DNA from: Camelus ferus
Taxonomy: Eukaryota
DNA: 64,000 nt
Reading direction: 5' to 3'
Assembly (NCBI RefSeq): GCF_009834535.1
Contig: NC_045697.1
Span: 15,564,001-15,628,000 of the forward strand
In this document: one piece after another, positions 63,330 through 64,000 of the stretch
Layout of the letters: each line of letters opens with the position of its first letter
Numbering within the stretch: position 1 is the first letter of the stretch
Translations under genes and position numbers: made by a program
The notes under the pieces: model-generated
Seen by the model: the letters and a program-made list of their open reading frames with translations, nothing else
What the model was told of the DNA's origin: nothing
Database searches by the model: none

Positions 63330-63640
63330 GGATAGGCTTTAGAGTCAAAGACCTGAACAGTTCTAATTCAGAGCTTTCACATACTGAAATGGTAAGCGAG
63401 TCACATAACAGATTGGTGATTAAATGAGTGAGCTAAAGAGTCAACAATTTTGCCTGGTTTTAAAATCAGAATCCACCCCTTGTGATACCTGAGCAAACCT
63501 GCATAGCAACTCAGGCACTGCCTTCCTCATGTGTAAACTGAGAAGAATGTGAAACCATTGTTGAGGTTTTCAGTAAGATCGTCTATATAAAGCATTTAGC
63601 ACATTGCCTGGTACATGATAAGCAATTAATTGAAAAATAC
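63330..63640 (+). mobile_element. Intronic MIR fragments
   Basis: gctttagagtcaaagacctg...ttcctcatgtgtaaactgaga...taaagcatttagcacattgcctggtacat. Confidence 0.6.
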
Positions 63641-64000
63641 AGCAACACTTTTATTATTACTTATTAGGAGTATGGTTTTAAGGAAACAGTGTCAACCTTT
63701 TTGAAATTAATGTTCCTCATTTGCCTAGTGGATTATCAACCATCTCCTGTGGTTTCTGTAGGGACTGAATGGACACAATACTTGGGACATAATAAGTGCT
63801 CGATTAACGACGGTTAATTGCAACACACGTAAATGGTCACACCGAGTTTCCTCCTGGAGGGGTGATGGGGGCATGTTTATCACGTGATTTCTGTTTGAAG
63901 CAACACCAGTTAAAGATAAAATTCCAGATGAAGGCAAGCAGTGGGCAAAGAGACGTTTAAAATTTATTTTAAGAAAAAATAAATACCTGTGTGTCATCAA

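Noticed and set aside
1..64000. A novel multi-gene biological system
   Set aside because: The window holds only the 3' end of one known gene plus intergenic repeats; nothing in the sequence supports a new system.

Overview
This is mammalian genomic DNA, most likely from a camelid: three copies of a short tRNA-derived SINE match the camelid vic-1 type. The only protein-coding gene I can support is the 3' end of ADGRA3 (GPR125, an adhesion GPCR) on the minus strand. It comprises the last three coding exons (62745-62890, 59324-59419, 57939-59181; TM3-TM7 plus the cytoplasmic tail ending in the PDZ-binding motif ETTV) and a short 3' UTR ending near 57600. The other ~57 kb is downstream intergenic DNA full of old repeats (L2, MIR, L3/CR1, L1M, MaLR/ERVL LTRs, MER20) and younger L1 3' ends and SINEs with target-site duplications. 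I found no evidence of a novel multi-gene system. The observations most worth checking are (1) an orphan ~185-bp polyadenylated retro-insertion with a 17-bp TSD inside an old L1, (2) a CpG-island-like, apparently GC-shifted ADGRA3 terminal exon, (3) a twin-primed 5'-inverted L1, (4) a perfect 56-bp tandem duplication, and (5) a last intron whose retention creates an immediate stop. Repeat boundaries and subfamily names are by-eye estimates.
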